A stretch of DNA of 61,215 nucleotides from Gemmatimonadota bacterium. Lineage in GTDB: Bacteria; Gemmatimonadota; Gemmatimonadetes; Gemmatimonadales; GWC2-71-9. The translations under genes were made by a program, and so were the position numbers. Each line of letters begins with the position of its first letter. The stretch's first letter is position 1. The notes under the pieces were generated by a model, which saw only the letters and a list, made by a program, of their open reading frames with translations, was not told the DNA's origin and searched no databases. Where the stretch lies: the NCBI GenBank assembly GCA_016209985.1, contig JACQVB010000226.1, positions 1 to 61,215 of the forward strand. Direction: 5' to 3'. Below are positions 45,009 to 54,668 of this stretch, one piece after another.

Positions 45009-46801
45009 GTGCCATTCCCGAAGAGGTCATCGAGCGCGTCCGCGACGCCGCCGACCTGGTGACCGTCATCGGGGAGTTCGTGCCGCTGCGGCGCACCGGC
45101 GCGGACTATCGCGGCGCCTGTCCGTTCCACGGTGGCACCCACCGCAACTTCGCCGTGATACCGAAAAAGGGGATGTACTACTGCTTCGTCTGTCACGAGG
45201 GTGGCGACGTCTTCACGTTCTACATGAAGAAGTTCGGCATGGAGTACCCCACCGCGGTGCGGGAAGTGGCGCGCAAGATGGGAATCGAAATTCCGGATCG
45301 TCCTACCGGAGGCCCCGACCGCCGCGAGCCGCTGTTTTCCGCCGTGGGGGTGGCGGCCGAATGGTACGCATCGCGCCTGCGGGAGGCGGACGATGCGGCC
45401 GACGCGCGCAGCTACCTGAAAACCCGGGGCTTCGATCCCGAAGCACTGCAGCCCCTGTCTCTCGGATTCGCGCCGCGGGGCGACGGGTTCCTCAACGGGA
45501 TGCACGCGCTGGGGATCAAGGATGAGGTGCTATTCGAGGCGGGATTGCTGGTCAAGCGCGAGGACGGATCGTTGCGCCCGCGCTTCTGGGGCCGCCTGCT
45601 GTTTCCCATTCACGACCTCCGCGGCCGCATCGTGGGATTCGGGGGCCGGGTGATCGGTGAAGGCGAGCCCAAGTATCTCAACTCGCCCGATTCGGAAGTG
45701 TTTCATAAAGGGCAGTTGCTCTATAACCTGCACGACGCCAAGCATGCCGTTCGTAAGGCCGATCGCGCGATCGTGGTCGAAGGCTATTTCGATGTCCTCC
45801 GCCTCGTCGGGGCCGGAGTGGAGAACGTCGTGGCCCCTCTGGGCACCGGTTTCACGGCCGAGCAGGCGCAGCTCCTCAAGCGCTACACCGCCAATGTCAC
45901 TTTGCTCTACGACAGCGATACCGCCGGTCTGCGCGCCACCTTCCGGTCCGGTGACGCGCTGCTGTCGGCCCCGCTCCGGGTGACGGTGGCGACCCTCCCC
46001 CTGGGTGAAGACCCGGACACCCTGGTGGCCAAGGGGGGGGCTGCGGCCATCCAGTCCGTCCTCGACGACGCGATCGACATCCTGGAGCGGAAAATCCAGC
46101 TGCTGGATCGCAAGGGATGGCTGGGGTCCTTGTCCGGGCGACGGAAGGCGCTGGACCGCTTGCTGCCGACGTTGCGAGCCGCTGCCGACCCGGTGACGCG
46201 CGATCTATATGTTTCCCGCGTCTCCGAAGTGCTGGGCGTCTCCCGGCAGTCGGTGCTTCGGGAGATCGAATTGGGCGGCGGCGCGGCCGTTCCCCGCCGG
46301 CCGGACGGTACGGCTTCCCGTTCGGCCCCGGTGAAGGAGCCGCCCGGCCCTCGGCGGCCGGTGCCGGAGCGCAATCTGCTGCGGGTCATGGTCCATCGCC
46401 CCGAATGGCGGGGACGGGTGATCGAGCAGATAGCCGATCCCTCACAGCTCGGGGAGCCCGAGCGTCGGCTGATGGCCCTTCTGGGAGCCACTCCCGAGTC
46501 GACTCCCGCGTCCGACGTGCTCGGCTCGGTGGACGGCGAGGCCCGCATGCTGCTCGCCGATCTGCTCGAAGAGCCCTGGGGCGCGGTGGACGTGGATGCG
46601 ATTGTGACGAGTGCGGTGAATCAGCTCGACAGTCGCCGCCTCGAAGCCGAATACCGAGATCTCTCCCGCCGGCTCCCGTTGGCCGCCGACGACGAGAAGC
46701 CGATCCTGGCCAGCCGGGTCCAGGAGCTCGGCCGACAGATTGCCAAGCTCAACCCGGGACGCTGGAATGTCATTCGTAAGGGAGGTCGCGTTGGATTCTG
46801 A
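45005..46801 (+). CDS. dnaG: DNA primase
   Basis: CPFH...CFVC zinc finger, PKYLNSP, VEGYFD and YDSD. Confidence 0.96.
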   Translation: MSAIPEEVIERVRDAADLVTVIGEFVPLRRTGADYRGACPFHGGTHRNFAVIPKKGMYYCFVCHEGGDVFTFYMKKFGMEYPTAVREVARKMGIEIPDRPTGGPDRREPLFSAVGVAAEWYASRLREADDAADARSYLKTRGFDPEALQPLSLGFAPRGDGFLNGMHALGIKDEVLFEAGLLVKREDGSLRPRFWGRLLFPIHDLRGRIVGFGGRVIGEGEPKYLNSPDSEVFHKGQLLYNLHDAKHAVRKADRAIVVEGYFDVLRLVGAGVENVVAPLGTGFTAEQAQLLKRYTANVTLLYDSDTAGLRATFRSGDALLSAPLRVTVATLPLGEDPDTLVAKGGAAAIQSVLDDAIDILERKIQLLDRKGWLGSLSGRRKALDRLLPTLRAAADPVTRDLYVSRVSEVLGVSRQSVLREIELGGGAAVPRRPDGTASRSAPVKEPPGPRRPVPERNLLRVMVHRPEWRGRVIEQIADPSQLGEPERRLMALLGATPESTPASDVLGSVDGEARMLLADLLEEPWGAVDVDAIVTSAVNQLDSRRLEAEYRDLSRRLPLAADDEKPILASRVQELGRQIAKLNPGRWNVIRKGGRVGF

Positions 46802-47498
46802 TCTGGTCGCACTACTGGCGTTGCAGGAACGAGACCAAGCCGTCGCCGCGCTGGAGGCGGAGCTCAACTCGTTCGACCCGGAGCTAGCGCAGTTGGATGC
46901 CAATCTTGCCAGGGCGGAGTCCGAGCTCGCCGGCGCGCGCAAAGGCGTGGAAGAGGCCGGCAACCGGCGGGTGGAGCTAGAGGGGAAAATCGAGGGCTAC
47001 CGCTTGATGCAGGAACGCCGCCGCCAGCGGCTGGAATGGGTCAAGGGCGCCAAAGAGGCGGCCACCCTCATGGCCGAACTCGATCTCGCGCGATCGGTGC
47101 TGGCGAAGGAGGAAGCGGAGTGGATGCGCTCCGCGGACAAAGTGGAAGAGGCCGAGAAGCGCGCCGCTGAGGTCGAGCGCGCGCTCGAAGAAGCCCGCAC
47201 CGCGCAGGCTCCCCGGCGGGAGCAGATCGCCGCGCTCCGCGCCGAATGCACCGAGCGGCTCAATGCGGCGCGCCAGGAGCGGGAGGAAACGGCGAAACGG
47301 GTGAAGAAGCCGATCCTCACGCGCTACGACCGGATCCGCAAAGGAAACACCCCGCTGGCCATGTACCCGCTCAAAGGCTCGGCGTGCGGTCATTGCTATA
47401 CCGCGGTCCCCATTCACCGCCGGCAGGAGATTCAGGGAGGGCGGGGCGTTACCTCGTGCGAGGGGTGCGGTGTCTTGGTCTACGATCCCGGCACGTGA
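46791..47498 (+). CDS. Coiled-coil C4 zinc-ribbon protein (CT398/DUF164-like)
   Basis: LLALQERD start, long coiled coil and CGHC...CEGC; TTG start with GGAGG. Confidence 0.85.
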   Translation: MDSDLVALLALQERDQAVAALEAELNSFDPELAQLDANLARAESELAGARKGVEEAGNRRVELEGKIEGYRLMQERRRQRLEWVKGAKEAATLMAELDLARSVLAKEEAEWMRSADKVEEAEKRAAEVERALEEARTAQAPRREQIAALRAECTERLNAARQEREETAKRVKKPILTRYDRIRKGNTPLAMYPLKGSACGHCYTAVPIHRRQEIQGGRGVTSCEGCGVLVYDPGT

Positions 47499-49201
47499 TC
47501 CGTCTCTCGTCACGTTGGCGGGTGGCCGCGGAGCCGGCGGCCGATCGGGTGGCGGCGCTCGCCGTCTCCCTGACCATCCCGCCGCTTCTCGCACGGCTAC
47601 TGGTCCAGCGGGGCTACGACCTGCCCAATGCCGCCAAGACGTTCCTGCGGCCTTCGCTCGATGCCCTGACTGACCCGTTTGCCATCCGCGACATGGACGT
47701 CGCCGTAGACCTGGTCGCCAGCGCCGTGCGCTCCCGGCGAACCATCATGGTCCACGGGGACTACGACGTGGACGGCCAGTGCGCCACAGCGTTGCTGACC
47801 CGGGTGCTCCGCGCGGCGGGTGCCAGCGTCGTGCCGTTCGTGCCCCACCGCATTCGTGATGGTTACGATTTTGGGCCCGCCGGCCTCGCCGCGGCGCAGG
47901 CGTGCGGGGCCACTCTAATCATCACCTGCGATTGCGGAACCACGGCACACCAGCCGGTCGCGCAGGCCCGGGCGGCCGGCATGGGCGTGATCGTGACCGA
48001 TCACCATTTGCCTGGGGTGCTGCCCGCGGCGAACGCCGTCCTCAACCCGCAGCGGCCCGATGGCTCCGGCGTGGGTCGCGAGCTCTGCGGCACCGGTGTG
48101 GCCTTCAAGCTCGCTCAGGCGCTCTGCGCGCCGCTGGGCCTCCCGCAGAATCTCCCGCTGCATCTTCTCGATCTCGTCGCGCTGGCTACCGTCGCCGACA
48201 TCGTGCCGCTGACCGGTGAGAACCGCGTCCTCACCCGCCACGGGCTCCGGGTGCTGGCGTCCTCCCGCTGGCTTGGCGTCCGCGCCTTGATCGAGGCGGC
48301 CGGGCTGGGAGGGCGCCCGATTCGCTCGGGCCACGTGGGATTCGTGCTGGGGCCGCGACTCAACGCCGCCGGCCGGGTAGGCGATGCCATGGACGGCGTC
48401 CGTCTGCTGCTGAGCGATGACGAAAACGAGGCCCGAGCGCTGGCGCTGCGTCTCGAAGCGCTGAACGAGCGGCGGCAAGCCATGGATCAGGAAATCCTCG
48501 AGCAGGCCGCCGAAGACGTCGAGAAGATGCTCGACCCGGATCGGGATTACACCCTGGTCGTCGCTCGCGAAGGCTGGCACCCCGGGGTCATCGGCATCGT
48601 GGCTTCGCGTATCGTCGAGCGCTACGGCCGGCCGGCCATCCTGCTGGCCATCGAGGGCGAACATGCCAAGGGGTCCGGGCGCAGCATCTCGCGGTTCAAC
48701 TTGCACGAGGCGCTCCAGCGCTGTGCGGATCACCTCACCCGGTTCGGCGGACACCGCATGGCTGCCGGTCTTACCTTGCGGCGCGACCGGTTGGAATCGT
48801 TCCGCGAGGCATTCAACGCGTGCGCCCGGGAATGTCTCACGCCGGAAGACCTGGTTCCCACTCAGCACGTCGATCTGGTGGTGACCCTTCGCGATCTCGA
48901 CTTCGATCTGGAAAAATTGTTGCGCCATCTGGAGCCGTGCGGTGCAGGCAATCCGTCGCCCGTCTTCGGCGTGTCGGGGGCGGTGGCGCGCGATCCGCGC
49001 ACGGTCGGTGACAACCACATCAAGTTCACCCTGGACGACTCCACTGGTATCCTGGGAGCCATCGGGTTCGACTGGGCGGACCGGGTCGGGGAAGGGTGGC
49101 TCCAGAACCGGGTGGATGTGGCCTTCCGTCTCGAACTCAACGAGTTTCGCGGCGTTCCCGACCTTCAGGGGCGGGTGGTGCAGCTACGGCCTGCCGGATG
49201 A
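47495..49201 (+). CDS. recJ: ssDNA exonuclease RecJ
   Basis: GDYDVDG, TCDCG, TDHH, GPRLNAAGR, GSGRS and GGH. Confidence 0.96.
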   Translation: MIRLSSRWRVAAEPAADRVAALAVSLTIPPLLARLLVQRGYDLPNAAKTFLRPSLDALTDPFAIRDMDVAVDLVASAVRSRRTIMVHGDYDVDGQCATALLTRVLRAAGASVVPFVPHRIRDGYDFGPAGLAAAQACGATLIITCDCGTTAHQPVAQARAAGMGVIVTDHHLPGVLPAANAVLNPQRPDGSGVGRELCGTGVAFKLAQALCAPLGLPQNLPLHLLDLVALATVADIVPLTGENRVLTRHGLRVLASSRWLGVRALIEAAGLGGRPIRSGHVGFVLGPRLNAAGRVGDAMDGVRLLLSDDENEARALALRLEALNERRQAMDQEILEQAAEDVEKMLDPDRDYTLVVAREGWHPGVIGIVASRIVERYGRPAILLAIEGEHAKGSGRSISRFNLHEALQRCADHLTRFGGHRMAAGLTLRRDRLESFREAFNACARECLTPEDLVPTQHVDLVVTLRDLDFDLEKLLRHLEPCGAGNPSPVFGVSGAVARDPRTVGDNHIKFTLDDSTGILGAIGFDWADRVGEGWLQNRVDVAFRLELNEFRGVPDLQGRVVQLRPAG

Positions 49202-49214
49202 GCGGGCGCCGGGC

Positions 49215-49297
49215 AACGGCACAACGGCATAACGGCACCACGGCATTCGTACGTGTCGGGAATTCGTGCCGTCATGCCGTTATCCCGTCGTGCCGTC
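49215..49297. repeat. 8-mer (ACGGCAYR) inverted pair between recJ and rsmD
   Basis: 31-nt arms at 49215-49245 and 49267-49297, 26/31 complementary. Confidence 0.9.
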
Positions 49298-49319
49298 GCG
49301 GCCCGCCTGGGCCGCGCTG

Positions 49320-49835
49320 ATGCGCATCATCGCGGGCGAGTTCCGCGGGCGGACGCTGCGGCCGCCCAGTGACCGGCGGGTGCGTCCCACCGCCGATCGA
49401 GTGCGTGAAGCCTGGTTCAGCATTCTCGGTCCCTATCTCCCTGGGGCGAACGTGCTCGATCTCTTCGCCGTATCCGGCGCGCTCGGGCTCGAGGCGCTCT
49501 CGCGGGGTGCTCGGCACGTCGACTTCGTCGAGATCTCGAAAGCGTCTCTCGACGCGCTCCGCGCCAACGTGGCGGCGCTCGATGCCGAAGAGCGGGTCCG
49601 GGTCCACCGCGCCGACGCGCTTCGGTTTGTGTCGCGCCTGGCGCCCCGCTCCTACGACGTCGCGCTGGCCGACCCTCCCTACACCACCGATCAGGCGGCG
49701 CGGCTGGTGGAGAGCTTCCGCGAACGGCCGTTCGCCGCCATCCTCGGCATCGAGCACCGCGGTGCCGTGACGTTGCCCGGCGACGATACTCGCCGGTATG
49801 GTGATACCGCCCTCACCTTCTGTTACGCGCCATGA
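49320..49835 (+). CDS. rsmD: 16S rRNA m2G966 methyltransferase RsmD
   Basis: MRIIAG, RPTADRVRE and DPPY; motif I reads DLFAVSG. Confidence 0.92.
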   Translation: MRIIAGEFRGRTLRPPSDRRVRPTADRVREAWFSILGPYLPGANVLDLFAVSGALGLEALSRGARHVDFVEISKASLDALRANVAALDAEERVRVHRADALRFVSRLAPRSYDVALADPPYTTDQAARLVESFRERPFAAILGIEHRGAVTLPGDDTRRYGDTALTFCYAP

Positions 49836-50323
49836 CTCGTATCGCGATCTATCCCGGATCCTTCGACCCGATCACCCACGGGCACGTGGACCTCATCCAC
49901 CGCAGCCTGCAGTTCGTCGACCGCCTGATCGTCGCCGTTGCCACCAACTCTTCCAAGACGCCGATGTTCACGCTCGAGGAACGGCTGGAGATGATGGGCG
50001 AAGTCCTGCAGGACGAGCCCCGGGCGGACGTCCGTTCATTCGGCGGATTGCTGGCGGACTATGCGCGCCAGTCGGGCGCGAGCATGGTGGTGAGGGGCCT
50101 GCGCGCGGTGAGCGACTTCGAGTACGAGTTCCACATGGCGCTGATTAACCGTCAGCTGCACTGCGTTCTGGAGAACGTGTTCATGGTGCCGGCTGTCCAC
50201 CTGAACTATCTCTCGTCGAGCCTGGTGCGGGAAGTCGCCCGGCTGGGCGGTGACGTCAGCGCCTTTGTGCCGGCGGCCGTCCTGCGGGCATTCAACGCGA
50301 AACTCAAGAAAAGTGAGATGTAA
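49832..50323 (+). CDS. coaD: Phosphopantetheine adenylyltransferase
   Basis: YPGSFDPITHGH, RGLRAVSDFEYE and SSSLVRE. Confidence 0.96.
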   Translation: MTRIAIYPGSFDPITHGHVDLIHRSLQFVDRLIVAVATNSSKTPMFTLEERLEMMGEVLQDEPRADVRSFGGLLADYARQSGASMVVRGLRAVSDFEYEFHMALINRQLHCVLENVFMVPAVHLNYLSSSLVREVARLGGDVSAFVPAAVLRAFNAKLKKSEM

Positions 50324-50345
50324 GAAGTGAGAAGTGAGAAGTTCC
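50311..50345. repeat. 7-mer (AAGTGAG) array forming the coaD-pta junction
   Basis: aagtgag atgtaag aagtgag aagtgag aagttcc; holds the coaD TAA and the pta GTG. Confidence 0.8.
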
Positions 50346-51298
50346 GGACTGCCCTCCACCGTCGCGCCGCGGCGCTCCAGCGGAGCGTGGTGCTAGCGGA
50401 AGGATGGGACCCCCGGATCCAGAACGCCGCACGCATTCTCGAGCGGGAGAAAATCGCCCGGGTGGTGGTGCTGGGTCGCCGGATCGAATCGGATCCGAGA
50501 TTGGAGCAGGTGGCGGCACATTTGCACCAGCGAAAACCGGACCGGACCGGCACCCTGGAAAAGGCCCTGGAGCTTGCCCGCGATCCCCTCCGCTTTGCGG
50601 GCGGTCTGGTGGGACTGGGCCTGGCCGACGCCGCGGTCGGTGGGGCCACTTGTCCCACCGCCGACGTCCTCCGCGCGGCGCTTTGGGCCATCGGTCCGGC
50701 AGCGGGAGTCACGACCGTGAGCAGCGCTTTCTACATGGTGACGAAGCGACCCGCCGACCCGCCGACCCGCCGGGGTGGGCGGCGCGGTGGGGAGGCGGTG
50801 CTCACCTTCACCGACTGCGGCGTCGTTCCCGACCCGACGGCTATGCAGCTGGCGGACATCGGCATGGCGGCGGCGCGGGATCGGCGCAACATTGTGGGGG
50901 ACGAACCGGTCGTCGCCTTCTTGTCCTACAGCACGAGAGGCAGTGCGGAAGGCCCCCGGGTCGATAAGGTCCGGGACGCCGTCCGCCGCTTCCGGGAGCG
51001 CGAGCCGTCGGTGCGGTGCGATGGCGAGCTGCAGGGGGACGCCGCCCTGGTCCCCGAGATCGCCCGTGTCAAGGCGGCGGACTCCCCGGTTGCCGGGGCG
51101 GCCAACGTTCTGGTGTTTCCCGACCTTGACAGCGGGAACATCGCGTACAAACTGGTACAGCGGCTGGCCGGCGCGGATGCGATCGGCCCCATCATGCAGG
51201 GCCTGGCCCGTCCCATGGCGGATCTCTCCCGGGGAGCGACCGCCGAAGACGTGGTCGATGTGGCAGCCGTCACGGTGCTTCAGTCTGCGGGAGCGTAG
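50327..51298 (+). CDS. pta: Phosphate acetyltransferase
   Basis: [35 protein letters not shown] and DLSRG. Confidence 0.9.
   Translation: MRSEKFRTALHRRAAALQRSVVLAEGWDPRIQNAARILEREKIARVVVLGRRIESDPRLEQVAAHLHQRKPDRTGTLEKALELARDPLRFAGGLVGLGLADAAVGGATCPTADVLRAALWAIGPAAGVTTVSSAFYMVTKRPADPPTRRGGRRGGEAVLTFTDCGVVPDPTAMQLADIGMAAARDRRNIVGDEPVVAFLSYSTRGSAEGPRVDKVRDAVRRFREREPSVRCDGELQGDAALVPEIARVKAADSPVAGAANVLVFPDLDSGNIAYKLVQRLAGADAIGPIMQGLARPMADLSRGATAEDVVDVAAVTVLQSAGA
50747..50791. repeat. In-frame 8-mer (CGACCCGC)x3 array in pta
   Basis: Encodes [15 protein letters not shown] between SAFYMV and VLTFTDC. Confidence 0.7.
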
Positions 51299-51299
51299 A

Positions 51300-51635
51300 A
51301 TGAGCTTTTCGGTAAAGAAAGACCCGAAGGGTGTCGTGGTGGTCACGGTGGACGGCCAGCTCATCGTCGGGAACCGGCAGGAGCTCAAACAGAAGATCAC
51401 CGAGGCACTCGAGGCAGGAGAACGCAAGTTCCTCATCGACTTTACCAACACCGGCTACATCGATTCCTCCGGGCTCGGCGTGCTGGTATCGCTTTCGCGC
51501 AAGATTCGCGAGGCGGACGGCGAGCTTCGGCTGGCGGGACTCAATGAAGATCTCCGCACGTTGTTCGAGCTGACCAAACTCGACTCCCTCTTCAGCATTG
51601 CCGACTCCCCCGCTGCCGCCCTCGCCGGATTCTGA
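51300..51635 (+). CDS. STAS anti-sigma-factor antagonist (RsbV/SpoIIAA-like)
   Basis: YIDSSGLGVLV and FELTKLD. Confidence 0.93.
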   Translation: MSFSVKKDPKGVVVVTVDGQLIVGNRQELKQKITEALEAGERKFLIDFTNTGYIDSSGLGVLVSLSRKIREADGELRLAGLNEDLRTLFELTKLDSLFSIADSPAAALAGF

Positions 51636-51639
51636 AGCG

Positions 51640-51813
51640 GGCTTCGCCCTGAAGGGCTTCAGCCCTGAAGGGTTCGCCTCCCTCAGACTCTGTGTGCGCC
51701 GCTCACCCAGCGGTGCCTGGCGCGCCTCGTCCCCCTCTCCCGAAGGCGCCGCCCTGAGCGGAGTGGGAGCCTGCCCCGCGCGAAGCGAGGGGGAGAAAGG
51801 GGACCGGGGAGAG
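51640..51813. repeat. Composite REP-like region
   Basis: gccctgaaggg twice; gtccccctctccc...ggggaccggggagagg with nested gcctgccccgcgcgaagcgagg. Confidence 0.7.
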
Positions 51814-52212
51814 GTGATCTCGATGCGCGTTCCGTCCAACCTCGAGGTAGTGGAAGAAGCGGTGGATGTCGTCGCTCGTCACTGCCTCGCCTCCGGCCTG
51901 GCGCCGCGGGCGGCTCGCTTCAATTTGCGGGTCGCGCTCTCGGAGGCGCTCTCCAACGCCATCGTGTACGGCAACGGGCTCGATCCTTCCAAGTCGGTCG
52001 ATGTCTGGATCGAGGTCGCTGATCAGGGCATCGCGGTCCACGTGTGCGATCAGGGAGCAGGGTTCGACCCCGGCGCCATACCGGATCCGACTCTTCCCGA
52101 GCGCCTCGAGCGGCCGGATGGGCGGGGCTTGTTCCTCATCCGCCAGCTGGTTGACGATGTCTCCTTCAATGACCGAGGAAACTCCATCTGCATGATCCTG
52201 CGCCGCGCCTAG
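51814..52212 (+). CDS. Anti-sigma factor / Ser kinase (RsbW-like)
   Basis: EALSNAIVYGN, DQGAGFD and GRGLFLI; start uncertain. Confidence 0.9.
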   Translation: MISMRVPSNLEVVEEAVDVVARHCLASGLAPRAARFNLRVALSEALSNAIVYGNGLDPSKSVDVWIEVADQGIAVHVCDQGAGFDPGAIPDPTLPERLERPDGRGLFLIRQLVDDVSFNDRGNSICMILRRA

Positions 52213-52262
52213 ACCGGCTCGACGCACTCCTCCAATCGCTCGGTTCGCTGGTCGGCTCGCGC

Positions 52263-53789
52263 GTGCGCCTCTGGCGTTACGCCCGGGGGCGACTGCGGCC
52301 GGTGGCCGGTTGTCAGGGAGCCACGCCTCCGCGAGTGCGCGTCGGGCCCGAAGGTCTCGAAGCGCAGCCGAGTGAAGGCCGGTGGATCGCGCCGCTCAGT
52401 GGCCTGGACGGATACTGGTACGAAGTGGTCGCGGGTGCGGAACAGGCCGCCGCCGCGGCCCAGCGCCTCGCTCCCATCCTGTCCCAGCTGCTCTCCGCCG
52501 AAGTCGACACCCTCCGGCTGGCCGAGGATCTGGCCGACCGCCTCGAAGAAATCGAGCTGCTGTATTCGATCAGTGAAGTGCTGGGCCGCACCATCCGCCT
52601 CGAGGAGGCGGCCCAGAAGATCGTGCGCGAGGTGAGCGACGTGGTGGGAGCCCGCCGCTCGTCCATCCTGGTGGCGGATGAGAGCGGGCGGACGCTGCGT
52701 CCGGTCGCGGGATACGGGCTGGACGTCACCCGCGTGGCCCCGGTCCCGGTGGACGACGCCGAGTCCATTGCCGCGCGGGTCTTCCGGGAACGCCGCATGA
52801 TCGGCTACGACCCGGCTGATCCCGCGTGGAGTACTCCGGGGCGGGGCATCGACCCGACCTATCGCGGCACCGCGTTTCTCTCGGCTCCCATCCTGTATCC
52901 CACCCCGGAAGGCGCGCCCCGTCCGGTGGGAGTCATCAACCTCACGGACCGGGTGGGAGCCGACGCCTTCACCCAAGGTGAGCGGCGGTTGGTCGCGGCC
53001 ATCGCCGGGCAGATCGCGGCGGCGATCGAAAACGCCCGGCTGGTCGATCGGGATCGCCAGCAACTGCGAGTGCGCCGGGAGCTCGAGCTGGCGCACGATC
53101 TCCAGATGCGCCTGTTGCCTCGCCCCGCCGCCATCGGAATGGAGGCATCGATCGGCGCGCGGTGCGAGTCCGCCGAGAGCGTCGGCGGGGACTTCTACGA
53201 GTTCTTCCGACTGGCGGAGCACCGGGTCGGCATCATGCTCGGCGACGTCTCGTCGCACGGTTTCGCCGCGGCGCTCATCATGGCGCTCACCTTGTCGGCC
53301 GCGGGCATTCACGCCTCGGCGGCAGACACACCGGAAGAAACCCTGCAGCGGCTGCTCGAATCCATCACGGCCGAGTTGGCGAGGACCGAAATGCACCTGG
53401 CCCTCTTCTACGGTGTGGTCGACGGCACGCGCGGAAGGTTGCGCTACGCCAACGCGGGACACCCCCATGCGTTTCGGGTCACCGGCACCGGCATCGCGGA
53501 ACGCCTCGGCGCCACCTCACCGCCGCTGGGTCTCGCCCGCTCCGACACGATCAAGGGCGCGGAGATCAGCTGGCATCCCGGGACCGATCTCCTGGTCCTG
53601 GTGTCCGACGGCATCGTCGACGCGCGCAACGCGGCGGGCGACCGCTTCGGCGAATCGCGGGTGCTGGAGCTGGTCCAGCGCCATTCCGGTGAGTCGCCCG
53701 CCAGCATCGTGAACGCGGTATTCACTGCCGTCTCCGCGCACTCGCCGAGCGCCGCGGACGACCGCACCTTCCTCGTTCTCCTCGGCTGA
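52263..53789 (+). CDS. GAF + PP2C (SpoIIE/RsbU-like) phosphatase
   Basis: GAF region ending AIENARL; VGGDFY, GDVSSHG, SDG and DDRT; may start at CTG 52188. Confidence 0.92.
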   Translation: MRLWRYARGRLRPVAGCQGATPPRVRVGPEGLEAQPSEGRWIAPLSGLDGYWYEVVAGAEQAAAAAQRLAPILSQLLSAEVDTLRLAEDLADRLEEIELLYSISEVLGRTIRLEEAAQKIVREVSDVVGARRSSILVADESGRTLRPVAGYGLDVTRVAPVPVDDAESIAARVFRERRMIGYDPADPAWSTPGRGIDPTYRGTAFLSAPILYPTPEGAPRPVGVINLTDRVGADAFTQGERRLVAAIAGQIAAAIENARLVDRDRQQLRVRRELELAHDLQMRLLPRPAAIGMEASIGARCESAESVGGDFYEFFRLAEHRVGIMLGDVSSHGFAAALIMALTLSAAGIHASAADTPEETLQRLLESITAELARTEMHLALFYGVVDGTRGRLRYANAGHPHAFRVTGTGIAERLGATSPPLGLARSDTIKGAEISWHPGTDLLVLVSDGIVDARNAAGDRFGESRVLELVQRHSGESPASIVNAVFTAVSAHSPSAADDRTFLVLLG

Positions 53790-54638
53790 GTGGGGCGGCG
53801 CCTCGGCCAGCACTTCCTCACCGATCCGGCAATTCTGGACCGGATCGTCGATGCGATCGATCCCGGTCCGGACGACGTGGTGATCGAAATCGGGCCGGGG
53901 AAGGGAACGCTGACTCGCCGGCTTGCGCCGCGGGTGGGGCACGTCGTCGCGATAGAAAAGGACGCGGCGCTCGCCCAGCAACTGCGTGAAGAGTGTAGAG
54001 TGAAGAGGGAAGAGTACGGCCACGCCCAGGTGACGATCGTCGAAGGTGACGCGCTCACGCTCGACTGGACCAGGCTCACGGCGGCGCCCACTCTTCCCTC
54101 TTCACTCTACACTCTTCACGCCTTCAAGGTCATCGGCAACATCCCCTACTACATCACCTCACCCCTCATCGAGAAGGCGCTCACGACGCCACTTCCTTCG
54201 GTGATCGTGTTTCTGGTGCAGCGGGAGTTCGCTGGCCGGCTCACGGCGGCCCCCGGTGGAAAGGAATACGGCGCGCTCTCCGCAGGGGTCCAGGCGATTG
54301 CACGAGTCGAGAAACTGTTCGTGGTGCGTGCCGGTGCGTTCCATCCGCCACCCAAAGTGGATTCGGCGGTGGTCCGCCTTACCCCACGGAAGGACCCCAC
54401 CGTGAGGGGTGACGAGCACCCCCGGTTCCGGGCATTCCTGGCGGCGGTTTTTTCCCAAAGGAGAAAACAACTGGGTCGTGCGCTACGCGGGGTGACCGGC
54501 ATGAGTAAGGAGGACGTCCTGGCGGTGCTGGACGGAATCGGCATCGATCCCGCATCGAGGGCGGAGGTCCTCACCGTCGACCAGCTCACCAGTCTGTTTC
54601 GGCGAACCCAATTGTTCCCGGACTCGGTGACTGAGTAA
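53790..54638 (+). CDS. rsmA: 16S rRNA dimethyladenosine transferase RsmA/KsgA
   Basis: LGQHFL, EIGPGKG, GDAL, GNIPYYITSP and FHPPPKVDSA. Confidence 0.96.
   Translation: MGRRLGQHFLTDPAILDRIVDAIDPGPDDVVIEIGPGKGTLTRRLAPRVGHVVAIEKDAALAQQLREECRVKREEYGHAQVTIVEGDALTLDWTRLTAAPTLPSSLYTLHAFKVIGNIPYYITSPLIEKALTTPLPSVIVFLVQREFAGRLTAAPGGKEYGALSAGVQAIARVEKLFVVRAGAFHPPPKVDSAVVRLTPRKDPTVRGDEHPRFRAFLAAVFSQRRKQLGRALRGVTGMSKEDVLAVLDGIGIDPASRAEVLTVDQLTSLFRRTQLFPDSVTE
53984..54121. repeat. Perfect 32-bp inverted repeat inside rsmA
   Basis: gcgtgaagagtgtagagtgaagagggaagagt (53984-54015) is the exact reverse complement of 54090-54121; 74-nt loop. Confidence 0.95.
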
Positions 54639-54668
54639 GATCCGGTCCATGCCCTTCGTTCGTTCCCC

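Noticed and set aside
51598-51813. Long N-terminal extension of the RsbW-like protein
   Set aside because: Sequence is repeat-derived and kinase-like sequence starts near 51814; translation of the extension is unsupported
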